A stretch of 64,000 bases of DNA from contig OZ240241.1 of NCBI GenBank assembly GCA_965198115.1, positions 1,664,001 to 1,728,000 on the forward strand, in the 5' to 3' direction. The notes under the pieces are model-generated. The model worked only from the letters and a program-made list of their open reading frames with translations. It was not told the origin of the DNA and ran no database searches. This document shows positions 7,999 through 18,139 of this stretch, piece after piece. The DNA is from Candidatus Latescibacterota bacterium (GTDB lineage: Bacteria; Latescibacterota; UBA2968). Each line of letters begins with the position of its first letter. The stretch's first letter is position 1. A program made the translations under genes and the position numbers.

Positions 7999-9393
7999 TC
8001 ACATACCGTCCACGAGCTCCCTGAACCTTCTTCCACGCTCCTCGAAATTGGCGAACATCCCGTAGCTGGCACACGCCGGTGACAGGAGCACCGTCTCTCC
8101 CGAACGCGCCTCCTCCTTCGCCGCAACCACCGCCGAATCGAAATCTGACGCGTGGTGCACGTGCGTCGACGCCTCGGGAGGCACCGAGTTTTCGATCGCG
8201 TTCGCCGTCTCGCCCACCAGAACCAGGCACCTCACCCGTTCCGCGATGCGTCTGCCAAGATCGTCGAACGGAATCCCTTTGTCGTAGCCACCTGCAATCA
8301 GAACGATGTCGCCCTCGATCGCATCCAGGGCCACGGCCGTTCGGTCGGGACTCGTCGCAACCGAATCATTCACGAAAGTCACACCCTTCACGCTCCCCAC
8401 GCACTCGAGCCGGTGCTCGACACCCTCAAACGTGCGGAGAACGTCCGCGACGCTGTCCCTGCCGACACCGACAGCCAGCGCGGCCGCTGATGCCGCACAG
8501 GCGTTCGCGACGTTGTGCCGACCGGGAACACGCAGATCGGCCGTCGCGACCAGCGTTGACCCATCCGCCACGATGTGATCGTCTTCCACGAACACCGACG
8601 TGTCGTCACCCGACACAGACCCGGTGGCGAACCACAGCGTCCTGGCCTCCGTCCGCCAACCTGCGACTTCCTCATCGTCGCGATTCAGAACGGCCACGTC
8701 GTCTTCGGTCTGATGCTCGAGGATCCCTTGCTTCGACGATCGGTAATCGTCGATCGAACCGTGTATGTCCAGATGATTGATCGAAAAGTTGGTCACCACC
8801 GCCAGGCGAGGCGACCACGCCATCCCCCGCAGGTGTCTCAGCTGAAAACTCGACAGCTCCAACACGACGGGAACGTCCTCCGACAAAGCCTCGAGCTCAT
8901 CCAGGAGCGAGATTCCCATGTTTCCACCCACGCTGGCACCTTTCCATCGCCGCTGAATCATGGCCCCGATCAGGGTCGTCGTCGTCGTCTTGCCGCTGCT
9001 GCCCGTCACCCCGAACACGGGTGATGGACATCTCGCCAGGAAGAGACCGATTTCCGTCGTAATCGGTACATCTTCTTCCCTCGCCACGTTCAAAAACGGA
9101 GAAGAAAGGGGCACGGCCGGGTTGGCCACGACCAGGTCCGCTTCCCGAAAATCTCGACCCTCGTGACCGCCGAGTCGAAATCGAACGTCGAGATCGGACA
9201 ACGCGTCGACAGACGCCGCCAGCTCCGACTGGGTCGATGTATCCGTCACCGTCACCTCAGCGCCCTGCTCGACTAGATAACGCGTCGCGGAAACAGCGCC
9301 CCCGAGTCGCCCGAGCCCCATAATCAGAACGCGCCTTCCCTTCAGGGAAAGCGCGGCATCGAGGATGGCCTGTGGCGATAGATCGGACGTCAC
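7999..9393 (-). CDS. murD: UDP-N-acetylmuramoyl-L-alanine--D-glutamate ligase
   Basis: GVTGSSGKTTTT, GGNMG, ELSSFQL, NHLDIH, EHRLE, NDSVAT, LLSPACASYGMFANFEERG. Confidence 0.95.
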   Translation of the reverse strand: MTSDLSPQAILDAALSLKGRRVLIMGLGRLGGAVSATRYLVEQGAEVTVTDTSTQSELAASVDALSDLDVRFRLGGHEGRDFREADLVVANPAVPLSSPFLNVAREEDVPITTEIGLFLARCPSPVFGVTGSSGKTTTTTLIGAMIQRRWKGASVGGNMGISLLDELEALSEDVPVVLELSSFQLRHLRGMAWSPRLAVVTNFSINHLDIHGSIDDYRSSKQGILEHQTEDDVAVLNRDDEEVAGWRTEARTLWFATGSVSGDDTSVFVEDDHIVADGSTLVATADLRVPGRHNVANACAASAAALAVGVGRDSVADVLRTFEGVEHRLECVGSVKGVTFVNDSVATSPDRTAVALDAIEGDIVLIAGGYDKGIPFDDLGRRIAERVRCLVLVGETANAIENSVPPEASTHVHHASDFDSAVVAAKEEARSGETVLLSPACASYGMFANFEERGRRFRELVDGM

Positions 9394-10280
9394 AATTTTC
9401 GCCCTTCGAGCATGAACAGCACGATTTCCACGAGCGTGACCAGGTCGAGCGCATTGTGATGGAGAACGTCGTGCATCTCGATCGCATTACCTGTCCGCAC
9501 GAACGCATGATACGCATCGGGAATCGCTTCGCCCGGAATATCTCCCGTCCGCCCCCGCTTGCAGATGGCTCGTTCGAGCGTCTGTAGCTTGCAGTTCGGC
9601 AAACGCTCCTTATAACGGCGGCGCCCTTCGTGCAAAAGATCGATATGCACGAGATCGTCGGGCAAATCGTAGCCATAGTAGCCCATGCGATCGCGAACAT
9701 AGGGCAGGTCGTAGGTCTTGCCGTTGAAACTCACGACGGTTTTCGCATAGCTCAAGATTCGCCCCAACTCGAACAGGAGCGCGGCCTCTTCCGTGTAGTC
9801 TCTTGCCAGGAGTTGCAGCACGCGGAGCTCTCCGTCGCGCGCGGCGACCACCCCCACCAGGAACAGAGGCGTACCAGCCGTGAACCCTGTCGCTTCGATG
9901 TCCAGAAAGAGCAGTCGATCGCCCGGCGTGTGGGACAGAGCGCCGAATGTTTCGTGAGGGTCGTGCGGGAGCATCGCGACCCCCTGCAGCGATGACATCA
10001 GCCGGGCAAACCGGGCGGTCATCGTGTCCCCATCCCCAGGCAACAGTTCGGCGACCGAACGATCGACCATGAGAAAGGACCCGGCGGGTGTTTCCCACGG
10101 ATCTCCGACCACAATCTCTTCGATCGCGCGCCGTATTCGGACGTCGGCGGGGCCGGCCATCGTCCGATCGATGGACGAAGAGGCATCCTGGGTCACCGCG
10201 ACTGACATCGCAGCTTCTCGACGACGAAGCGCTGAGCGTCGGAGCGCGGAGATGCGTGTTCGGAGTTGGTGGGTTAGCAT
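9390..10280 (-). CDS. YprB/MrfB-like RNase H-like (DEDD) exonuclease domain protein
   Basis: LFLDIEATG, SFNGKTYDLPY, HIDLLH, CKLQTLE, HNALD; start uncertain (10280, 10328 or 10370); stop overlaps the murD start. Confidence 0.82.
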   Translation of the reverse strand: MLTHQLRTRISALRRSALRRREAAMSVAVTQDASSSIDRTMAGPADVRIRRAIEEIVVGDPWETPAGSFLMVDRSVAELLPGDGDTMTARFARLMSSLQGVAMLPHDPHETFGALSHTPGDRLLFLDIEATGFTAGTPLFLVGVVAARDGELRVLQLLARDYTEEAALLFELGRILSYAKTVVSFNGKTYDLPYVRDRMGYYGYDLPDDLVHIDLLHEGRRRYKERLPNCKLQTLERAICKRGRTGDIPGEAIPDAYHAFVRTGNAIEMHDVLHHNALDLVTLVEIVLFMLEGRKL

Positions 10281-10422
10281 CGGTTTTCTGTTGGGAAACT
10301 TCGGGCCATTCCTTTCCGCAATCGTCATTTGTTGTCTTCTCTTTCCGGATAGAGCCCCTTTTATGACCAAAAGAGAAACAGAAAAGTCCCACTCAGGCGC
10401 CGTGGGGGCTGGTGGCCTCGGC

Positions 10423-10446
10423 TCCCTCGACTACGCTCGGGACAGG
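10423..10446. repeat. REP-like element TCCCTCGACTACGCTCGGGACAGG
   Basis: Near-identical to 14217-14240. Confidence 0.7.
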
Positions 10447-10876
10447 CTCGTCACAGGTGGCAGGGCCCCATCCAGTAGCCGACGTGCTCCACCCCACCCC
10501 CATACCGTCCGCCGGCAGTCGGTTGCGTTACAGAAGAGTCAATAATGATGGTGCGCTTGCGGACTAGCACCCGTAGGAGGTGGAAGGAACATCGGGGCCG
10601 CCTGTCGCCTTTCCCTCGGCGCCATCTTGTGGTCCCGATAGCCAGCATCGAGAGACCACCCAGAACCGTTCAATCACGGATGATCCATAATGAATCTCAA
10701 TTATCCTTGTGTGCTCTCTCCATAGACAGGCGGAAGTCTTCTTATTCATCTGCTCGTGTTTGCGATTGTAGTCAGGTTGGGAAATCGAGTCAAGGTGGGG
10801 GCATTTCACGGAATGCGTTTGTTCGCGCGCGTCCGATGGGCTAAATTGACGCGCCGATCGAACGAAACGACTCGCC

Positions 10877-11875
10877 ATGACCAACTACATCATCCGACGC
10901 CTGCTCCACATGATCCCTACGCTGATCCTGATCTCCATGGTCAGCTTCGTCGTGATCCAAGCGCCCCCCGGCGACATGCTCACGTCCCGTCTGGCCGAAC
11001 TGGCCGAGCAGGGCGAGCTGGGATCCGAAAGCGCCGTCGCGCAGATCGAGGCGCTCCGCGAACGCTATGGCTTGAACGATCCGCTTTACATTCAGTATTT
11101 CAGGTGGATCGGCAACATCGCCTTCAACGGCGACTTCGGTCAATCGTTCACCTACGAGATGGACGTGATTCAGCTGCTCGGGGAACGTTTGGGCCTCACC
11201 CTCACGCTCACCCTGTCGACGCTCGTCTTCACGTGGATCGTGGCCATTCCGATCGACATCTACTCGGCGACCAAGCCCTACTCCCTGGGCGACTATGGAT
11301 TCACGCTCCTCGGGTTCGTCGGCCTCGCCACACCCAACTTTCTGCTCGCTCTCGTCATCATGTTCTGCCAGATCACCGTCTTCGAAACGGAATCCGTCGG
11401 CGGGCTCTTGTCGCCGCAGTACATCGGCGCGCCCTGGTCGTTCGCAAAATTCCAGGACCTGTTGGCTCACATCTGGGTCCCGATCGTCGTCATCGGAACG
11501 AGCGGCACGGCCAGCGTCATCCGCATCATGCGCGGCAACCTGCTCGACGTGCTGGGCCAGCAGCACATTCAAACGGGGCGGGCGAAAGGACTGACCGAAA
11601 CCAAAGTCATCGTCAAATACGGTGTCCGCATCGCGATCAACCCCCTCGTCAGCCGTCTCGGACTCGCGCTCCCGAACCTCCTGTCCGGCGCCGTCGTCAC
11701 GGGCATCGTCCTCGGTCTGCCCACCGCCGGTCCGATCTTTCTGACCGCCTTGACATCCCAGGACATGTATCTGGCCGGCGCCTTCCTCTTGCTCTCGGCC
11801 ACCTTCCTGTTGATGGGCAACCTGCTCGCCGACATTCTTCTCGCGTGGCTCGACCCGAGGATCCGATATGAATAG
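10877..11875 (+). CDS. oppB: Peptide/oligosaccharide ABC transporter permease (OppB/DppB family)
   Basis: YIIRRLL, PPGD, GLNDPLYIQYFRW, GDFGQS, EAA-like TGRAKGL. Confidence 0.92.
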   Translation: MTNYIIRRLLHMIPTLILISMVSFVVIQAPPGDMLTSRLAELAEQGELGSESAVAQIEALRERYGLNDPLYIQYFRWIGNIAFNGDFGQSFTYEMDVIQLLGERLGLTLTLTLSTLVFTWIVAIPIDIYSATKPYSLGDYGFTLLGFVGLATPNFLLALVIMFCQITVFETESVGGLLSPQYIGAPWSFAKFQDLLAHIWVPIVVIGTSGTASVIRIMRGNLLDVLGQQHIQTGRAKGLTETKVIVKYGVRIAINPLVSRLGLALPNLLSGAVVTGIVLGLPTAGPIFLTALTSQDMYLAGAFLLLSATFLLMGNLLADILLAWLDPRIRYE

Positions 11876-13010
11876 CGCCCCGGCCGTCGCCGGCGAGCAA
11901 TCGATCGAAGAGCCCGAGGCCGTCGCCACAACAGCCTCCTATTCTCAGCGAAAGCTCATCTGGCGACGCTTCAAGAAGCATCGGGCAGGCGTTATCGGCG
12001 GGTACGTGGTCATCCTCCTCTACGTCATTGTCGGCCTGGGGGAATTCCTGGCTCCGCACGGCGTGAGTAACCGCTATTACAAAGTCGTCCACTGCCCGCC
12101 TCAGCGGATTCACTTCTTCTCCAACGAGGGATTCCACCTTCGCCCGTTTGTCTACGGGATCAAAGGCCATCTCGATCGCCAGACGGGAATCAAAAAGTAC
12201 ACCGAAGACTCCGAGCTGAAGCATCCCATCTACTTATTCGCGAAGGGTGATGCCTACTTCTTCTACGGTCTGTTCACCTGGGACCGTCACCTGTTCGGGA
12301 CCGGTGTGGACAATCCGATTTTTCTCCTCGGAACGGACCGGTTCGGCCGCGATCTGCTGTCCCGCATCATCGTCGGGGGACGCATCTCCCTCTCGATCGG
12401 ACTGTTCGCCGTCTTCCTCAGCCTCACCCTCGGCTCGGTCCTGGGTGTCACCTCCGGCTACTACGGCGGTGCGGTCGACAACCTGATCCAGCGCATCATC
12501 GAGCTGATCTTCGCCTTTCCCTCGATTCCGATCCTCATGGCCCTGAGCGCCGTGCTGCCCGCGGACTGGCCTTCGCACCTCGTCTTCATGGGCATCGTCA
12601 CCGTTCTCGCCCTGATCGGATGGGGCGGACTCGCACGCGAAATCCGAGGCAAGACCCTGTCGCTCCGGGAAGCCGACTTCGTCCTGGCCGCTCGCGTCTG
12701 CGGTGCGGGAGACGCGCGTATCATCTTTCGCCATCTGCTCCCCTCGATGATCAGCCACATCATCGTCATCGCCACCCTGGCAATCCCGATTTTCATCCTC
12801 GGGGAGAGCACCCTCAGTTTCCTGGGTCTCGGCATCAAGCCGCCCTCCACGAGTTGGGGGCTCCTGCTTTCCGACGCCATGAACATCCACTCGCTCAGCC
12901 TCTATCCGTGGCTGCTCGCACCCGGTTTCTGCATCATCATCGCCGTCCTCGCGTTCAACTTCCTGGGCGATGGCCTGCGCGACGCCGCCGACCCGTATTC
13001 GAGCCGATGA
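11868..13010 (+). CDS. oppC: ABC transporter permease (OppC/DppC family)
   Basis: WRRFKKHR, LGTDRFGRDLLSR, ESTLSFLGLG, AFNFLGDGLRDAADP. Confidence 0.93.
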   Translation: MNSAPAVAGEQSIEEPEAVATTASYSQRKLIWRRFKKHRAGVIGGYVVILLYVIVGLGEFLAPHGVSNRYYKVVHCPPQRIHFFSNEGFHLRPFVYGIKGHLDRQTGIKKYTEDSELKHPIYLFAKGDAYFFYGLFTWDRHLFGTGVDNPIFLLGTDRFGRDLLSRIIVGGRISLSIGLFAVFLSLTLGSVLGVTSGYYGGAVDNLIQRIIELIFAFPSIPILMALSAVLPADWPSHLVFMGIVTVLALIGWGGLAREIRGKTLSLREADFVLAARVCGAGDARIIFRHLLPSMISHIIVIATLAIPIFILGESTLSFLGLGIKPPSTSWGLLLSDAMNIHSLSLYPWLLAPGFCIIIAVLAFNFLGDGLRDAADPYSSR

Positions 13011-13016
13011 GAAACG

Positions 13017-13126
13017 AACACGAAGACGCGAAGTCGCGAAGTCGCGAAGGATAGAACGGATGATCACTACCCCGTGCGTGTGGAGATCCGAAGTTGTCTT
13101 TCTTCGAGCCTTCGTGACTTCGTGTT
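13017..13126. repeat. Inverted pair of short CGAAG-based tandem repeats between oppC and oppD
   Basis: AACACGAAGACGCGAAGTCGCGAAGTCGCGAAG ... CTTCGAGCCTTCGTGACTTCGTGTT. Confidence 0.7.
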
Positions 13127-13132
13127 GATTCT

Positions 13133-14128
13133 ATGAGCGAAGACCAACAACCGTTGCTCGAGATCAATAACCTGAAGACGCATTTCTTCACGGATGACGG
13201 GGTGGTGCGTGCGGTCGACGGGGTGTCGTTTTCCGTCGGGAAGAGTGAAACGATTGGGGTCGTGGGAGAGAGCGGATGCGGGAAGAGTATCACTGCCTTC
13301 TCGACGATGCGTCTGATCCCGGAACCACTTGGCAGAATCGTGGATGGAGAGATCGTCTTCCACCGGAACGGCAGCTCGGTCGATTTGACGAAACTGCCGC
13401 CGCGCGGCCAGGAAATGCGCGACATCCGTGGCAACGACATCGCGATGATCTTTCAGGAACCGATGACGTCGCTCAGCCCGGTCCACACGATCGGGAACCA
13501 GATCGGCGAAGCCATCGAACTCCACCAGGAAGTCGACAAAGCCGAGGCGCGTAGGCGATCTGAAGAGACTTTGCTGAAGGTTCGTCTCCCCCGACCCGAT
13601 CGGCAGCTCGACGCCTATCCGCACGAGCTCTCCGGCGGCATGCGCCAGCGCGCGATGATCGCCATGGCCCTCTCCTGCAATCCCAGCCTGCTCATCGCCG
13701 ACGAACCGACGACCGCACTGGACGTGACCGTCCAGGCTCAGATCCTCGACCTCATGGAGCAACTCCAAAGCGATATCGGCATGTCGATCATGCTCATCAC
13801 GCACGACCTGGGCGTCGTCGCGCGCATGGCCGATCACGTCGCCGTCATGTATCTGGGCAAGGTGGTCGAGTACTCGGACGTCCGAACGATCTTCAAACAA
13901 CCGCGTCATCCTTACACGCAGGGGTTGCTGAAGTCGATCCCCGTCATCGGACGCAAAGAACAGCTCGTGCCGATTGAAGGTTCCGTGCCCGACCCGTTCG
14001 AGTTGCCGACAGGATGCACGTTCGCGCCCCGATGTCCTCACGCGACCGATCAGTGCCGGGAAGCGCCGACCTTACGTGAAGTTTCGGCGGGACATCAGGT
14101 GAGCTGTTGGCTGGAGGTAGAACCGTAG
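13133..14128 (+). CDS. oppD: ABC transporter ATP-binding protein (OppD/DppD)
   Basis: [39 protein letters not shown]-terminal GCTFAPRC...C...C. Confidence 0.95.
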   Translation: MSEDQQPLLEINNLKTHFFTDDGVVRAVDGVSFSVGKSETIGVVGESGCGKSITAFSTMRLIPEPLGRIVDGEIVFHRNGSSVDLTKLPPRGQEMRDIRGNDIAMIFQEPMTSLSPVHTIGNQIGEAIELHQEVDKAEARRRSEETLLKVRLPRPDRQLDAYPHELSGGMRQRAMIAMALSCNPSLLIADEPTTALDVTVQAQILDLMEQLQSDIGMSIMLITHDLGVVARMADHVAVMYLGKVVEYSDVRTIFKQPRHPYTQGLLKSIPVIGRKEQLVPIEGSVPDPFELPTGCTFAPRCPHATDQCREAPTLREVSAGHQVSCWLEVEP

Positions 14129-14216
14129 GCGGTGGACGGTTACGACGGGCCTCATTCTCGTGGGCGGTGGTAGTGGGCGGTCGGCGGTAAAGACGGACTT
14201 CGCGACAACCTTGGGC

Positions 14217-14264
14217 CCCTCGACTTCGCTCGGGATAAACTCCGGGGCGAACGGCGGTTCGCCC
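14217..14264. repeat. Two adjacent REP-like elements between oppD and oppF
   Basis: CCCTCGACTTCGCTCGGGATAAAC followed by the palindrome GGGCGAAC-GGCG-GTTCGCCC. Confidence 0.7.
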
Positions 14265-14300
14265 GATGTTAAAGCCCACAACATTGCGTGAACGACACAA

Positions 14301-15328
14301 ATGACCGAGACAAACGGAAAATCTGAAGTTCTGTTCGAGATCGAAGACCTCAGGACCTATTTCCCAATCAAGAAAGGGATCTGGCGAAAGGTCGTCGGCC
14401 ACGTCAAGGCGGTGGATGGCGTCAGCATGACGCTGCACCGTGGGGAAACGCTGGGGCTCGTCGGCGAAAGTGGGTGTGGGAAAACCACGACGGGGCGATC
14501 GATGATCCGGTTGATCGAACCGACGAGTGGCCGTGTGACGTTCCACCACGACGGTCAGGCGATCGATCTTCGAAACGTCGAGAAGGAAGAGCTTAGAGGC
14601 CTGCGACGTTACCTGCAATACATCTTCCAGGACCCCTTCTCATCGCTCAACCCGCGCATGACCGTGTTCGACATCGTCGCGGAGCCGCTCGTCATCAACC
14701 AGATCGCCAGCGGATCCGAACTGGAAGGGCGCGTCGAGCAGCTGCTCGTTCGCGTCGGCCTTAGACCCGATCATCTTCGCCGCTATCCGCACGCGTTCAG
14801 CGGTGGACAACGTCAGCGCATCGGAATCGCCCGGGCACTCGCCCTCACCCCTCGTCTCATCATCGCGGACGAACCGGTCAGCGCGCTCGACGTCTCGGTC
14901 CAGGCTCAGGTCATCAATCTAATGGAAGAGCTTCAGGAGGAATTCGATCTTACCTACTTGTTCGTTGCGCACGACCTGAGTGTCGTCGAGCACATCAGCG
15001 ACCGCGTTGCCGTCATGTATCTCGGCCAGATCGTCGAGATGACCGAGGCCAGCCAGCTCTACGAACGTCCCTTGCACCCCTACACCGTTGCACTCATGTC
15101 GGCTGTTCCCGTCGCGGACCCCGATCACCGCATGGACCGTGTCCCCCTCGAGGGCGACGTCCCCGATCCGCCGACGCCCCCTCCAGATGCAAATTCCATC
15201 CTCGTTGTTCCTACGCGCAAGACATCTGCAAGACGGACGACCCCTCGCTACGCGAAATCGAGCCCGGTCACGAAGCCAGCTGTCACTTCGCGGGCGAGCT
15301 CGAGTTTCAACAGATCCAACCCGCCTGA
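14301..15328 (+). CDS. oppF: ABC transporter ATP-binding protein (OppF/DppF), 1-nt frameshift near 15170
   Basis: [24 protein letters not shown]. The native C-terminus [14 protein letters not shown]...SCHF* lies in another frame ending at TGA 15326-15328; the track ORF to 15500 is read-through. Confidence 0.9.
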
Positions 15329-15329
15329 C

Positions 15330-15787
15330 ATCGAACATCGAGAATCGAAAAAAGCACGATACATCCGACCGACCGCCGCTCGATACCACGGGTCCGAGCG
15401 TGAAATCTTGAAGCCGTTGACCACATCGACTCCGTCCTCCAGGCTGTCGACCAGTCGTCGCAGGTCGGCGACACGATACTGCCCGTCGCCGTCGGTATAG
15501 AAGACCCATTCTCGTGAAGCGTTTTTGAACCCGGTCGTCAGAGCCGCACCGTAGCCCCGGTTTTCCCCGTGGGCGATCACCCGCACAGCCGGAATCGCCC
15601 CGGAGATTTTATGGAGACGTTCGATACTCTTGTCCGAGCTGCCATCGTCCACGACCAGAATCTCGTATTCCGAAGCGAGAGACCCGGCCAGGTCGTCGGC
15701 CTCGATCACCAGCTCGCCGATCGTATGTTCGTCGTTGTAACAGGGGAAGAAGATCGACAGAGAAGACAGGCGAGGGGCCGTAGGCAT
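15330..15787 (-). pseudogene. GT2 glycosyltransferase (DPM-synthase/ArnC-like), C-terminally truncated
   Basis: [36 protein letters not shown] present. Family-like sequence ends after ~150 aa, where it meets the oppF stop. Confidence 0.7.
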
Positions 15788-16887
15788 TCAGACTGATCGC
15801 GCAGGGTCGACACCACGCGATCGACTTCTGCGTCCGTCAGTTCGGGATAGATCGGCAGACACAGCACATCTCTGCAAATACGTGTCGAGACGGGAAGGTC
15901 GGTGGGAATCCTGCGAAACGTCGAGAACGCGGGCTGCTCGTGCAGGGCGCGCGGATACAGCACGCCCGTGCCGATGCCGGCTGACGACAGCCGGGCCTGG
16001 AGACCGTCCCGATCCGGATGTCGTACGCAGAACTGGTGAAAAACGTGGTCGGCCTCCACAGCGGGCAGTCGCAGGTTCAGGCCCGACAGCCCCTCGACGT
16101 ATCTTCCCGCGACTTGGCGTCGGCGGGCATTGTCCCGATCGAGGTGTGCGAGACGAACGCCCAGAACAGCCGCCTGGATGTCGTCCAATCGGCTGTTCAT
16201 GCCCAGCTCCAAGCTGACCTGGCGTTCCTGCCACCCGTATTGCCTCAGCGTCCTCGCTCGTTCGAGGAGGCCGGTGTCGTCGCTCGCCAGGCAACCGCCA
16301 TCTCCCAAAGCAGGAAGGTTCTTCGTAGGATAAAAGCTGAAGGCGGAAACATCCCCAAAACTGCCCGTCAGGCGATCTCCTATTCGGGCACCGTGCGATT
16401 GCGCGCAATCCTCGACGACGCTGAGGCCGTGTTCTCGGGCGATCGATCCTAAACGCTCCATCGGAGCGGGACAGCCGTAGAGGTGGACAGGGAGGATAAC
16501 CTTCGTGGCGGAACAGACGGCCTCCGCGACCCGTTCGGGGTCGAGTGTGCAAGAATCCGGATCGACGTCGACCAGCACCGGACGCGCTCCCGAACGGACG
16601 ACGGCCGTGGCTGTCGCCGACGCGGTCACTGCCGGCACGAGCACCTCATCCTCCGGCCCCAATCCAAGCGTCCTCAGGGCCAGCTCGAGCGCGTCCGTTC
16701 CGCTCGCCGTTCCCACGACGCCCGCCACCCCGAGGTAGTCTGCGAACGCGCGCTCGAACCGATCGCACGCCGCCCCCAGCACATACCACCCGCTATTCAG
16801 GACCTCAGCAATCGCCTCGTCGATCTGTGTCCGAAGCCGGTCATAGCCGCGACCCGGGGCGGCGGGGTGGATGGAAGGTTGACCCAT
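15788..16887 (-). CDS. DegT/DnrJ/EryC1/StrS PLP-dependent aminotransferase
   Basis: ASGTDAL, PVHLYG, EDCAQSHGA, FSFYPTKNL, NSRLDDIQAA, LCLPIYP. The track ORF runs to 15706; one added base would use the TGA at 15788-15790 abutting the GT2 ATG. Confidence 0.92.
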
Positions 16888-16917
16888 CAGATCACGATGA
16901 ACAGGAGAGCCACGTCC

Positions 16918-17250
16918 TCACCCGTTCAGCTGTCTCAGAAACTGGAAGGTATAGATACCGGAGTCGTGGCCATCCTTCCACACGATCTGGATCGCATACC
17001 GACCGACCTTCTGGATTCGGTCGATTTCTGCGCTGGCTGCCATCTGGCCGGGGGTGATCACGTGCAGGTCGCTCGACGATGTCTCACGGTGGCTCTCGCA
17101 GACCGCACACGGACAGCTCCGTCTGAGAAGGTCGAGCGGCAAATTCGATCTCGTTCGGTCACGCCACTCGATCTGCATCGTGGCGTCTTCGACCGATACG
17201 TGGATTTTCTCGGGCACAGCGGGATTCACGTCGGCACCTTGACTTTTCAT
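16918..17250 (-). CDS. DUF971 / GBBH-like N-terminal domain protein
   Basis: LRRSCPCAVC, VGRYAIQIVWKDGHDSGIYTFQFL. Confidence 0.88.
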   Translation of the reverse strand: MKSQGADVNPAVPEKIHVSVEDATMQIEWRDRTRSNLPLDLLRRSCPCAVCESHRETSSSDLHVITPGQMAASAEIDRIQKVGRYAIQIVWKDGHDSGIYTFQFLRQLNG

Positions 17251-17321
17251 CTCCCGGACCTACATTTCGCCAAACCGTGGTCGAAGGCATTCACCGGGCC
17301 GAGGTTTCAGACCTCCGGCCC

Positions 17322-17349
17322 GGAACTTTTTCTGCTAAAATGAGTATAA
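17322..17349 (+). promoter_or_regulatory. Possible ECF (sigmaE-type) promoter for the TonB gene
   Basis: GGAACT-N16-GTATAA, 21 bp before ATG 17371. Confidence 0.45.
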
Positions 17350-17370
17350 CTCACAGCACCTGTTGAAGAT

Positions 17371-18132
17371 ATGAACGTTCTCCACATCAGATTCGGACAC
17401 TCGCTGCTCTCGACGCTCGCCAGAGCCACGCTCGTTCAGAAGCAGTTTCAACGGCTCCTGGCCGACCGGCCGACGGGTGTGCGCGTGGCGTGCCGTAGCA
17501 AGCAGCCACACGCCGACCTGAACAGCCGTTACACCGCCATCACGCTGCGGTCCGCCGGAGCCACGGCCGGAGCCATGCTCCTCTCCTTCCTCCTTTACCC
17601 GGAACACATCCCAACCGTCGGCCAGGGCACGCGAAGACCCGCCATAATTCACGTGGAACACATTCCGGAGACGGTGCAGAGAACACAGCCACCTGCCCCA
17701 CCCAGACCCGTCGTTCCGATCGCGGTCGAGGGGGACGTGCCCGACACCGTCACCATCGAACCCACAGACCTCGACCTCGATGCCATCCCCATCGACCTCT
17801 CCCTCTCCGGGCCTCCTGGAGGGGGCGGGCCCCTTTCAGACGAGCCCATGGACGCGTCCGAGATCGACTACAAACCCCACCTGCTCACGCTCATCATGCC
17901 GGCGTTTCCGAGCGAGGCCCGAAGGGACCGATTGAAATCCGGATCCGCGAAGGTCAAGCTGCTGGTCGACAAACGGGGAAAGGTCGAAAAGGTGGAGTTT
18001 GTGGATGGACCTGCGGTGTTCAGAGAGGAAGCGATCTCCACAGCCTACCGCTACCGGTTCCGCCCGGGCAAGCATCAGGGGGAAGTCAGAAAAGTGTGGA
18101 TGGAGATTTCGATACAGTTCCGATACGACTGA
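17371..18132 (+). CDS. Energy transducer TonB family protein
   Basis: KQPHADL motif, TM helix, Pro-rich PPAPPRPVVP linker, C-terminal PAFPSEA...LVDKRGKV...FRPG domain. Confidence 0.85.
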   Translation: MNVLHIRFGHSLLSTLARATLVQKQFQRLLADRPTGVRVACRSKQPHADLNSRYTAITLRSAGATAGAMLLSFLLYPEHIPTVGQGTRRPAIIHVEHIPETVQRTQPPAPPRPVVPIAVEGDVPDTVTIEPTDLDLDAIPIDLSLSGPPGGGGPLSDEPMDASEIDYKPHLLTLIMPAFPSEARRDRLKSGSAKVKLLVDKRGKVEKVEFVDGPAVFREEAISTAYRYRFRPGKHQGEVRKVWMEISIQFRYD

Positions 18133-18139
18133 AACCTCA

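Noticed and set aside
10450-10876. Small ORFs or a riboswitch upstream of oppB
   Set aside because: No recognisable protein motif or RNA family signature by eye
15329-15500. Extended OppF C-terminus
   Set aside because: Frameshift read-through; the conserved Cys-rich tail is in another frame and ends at 15328
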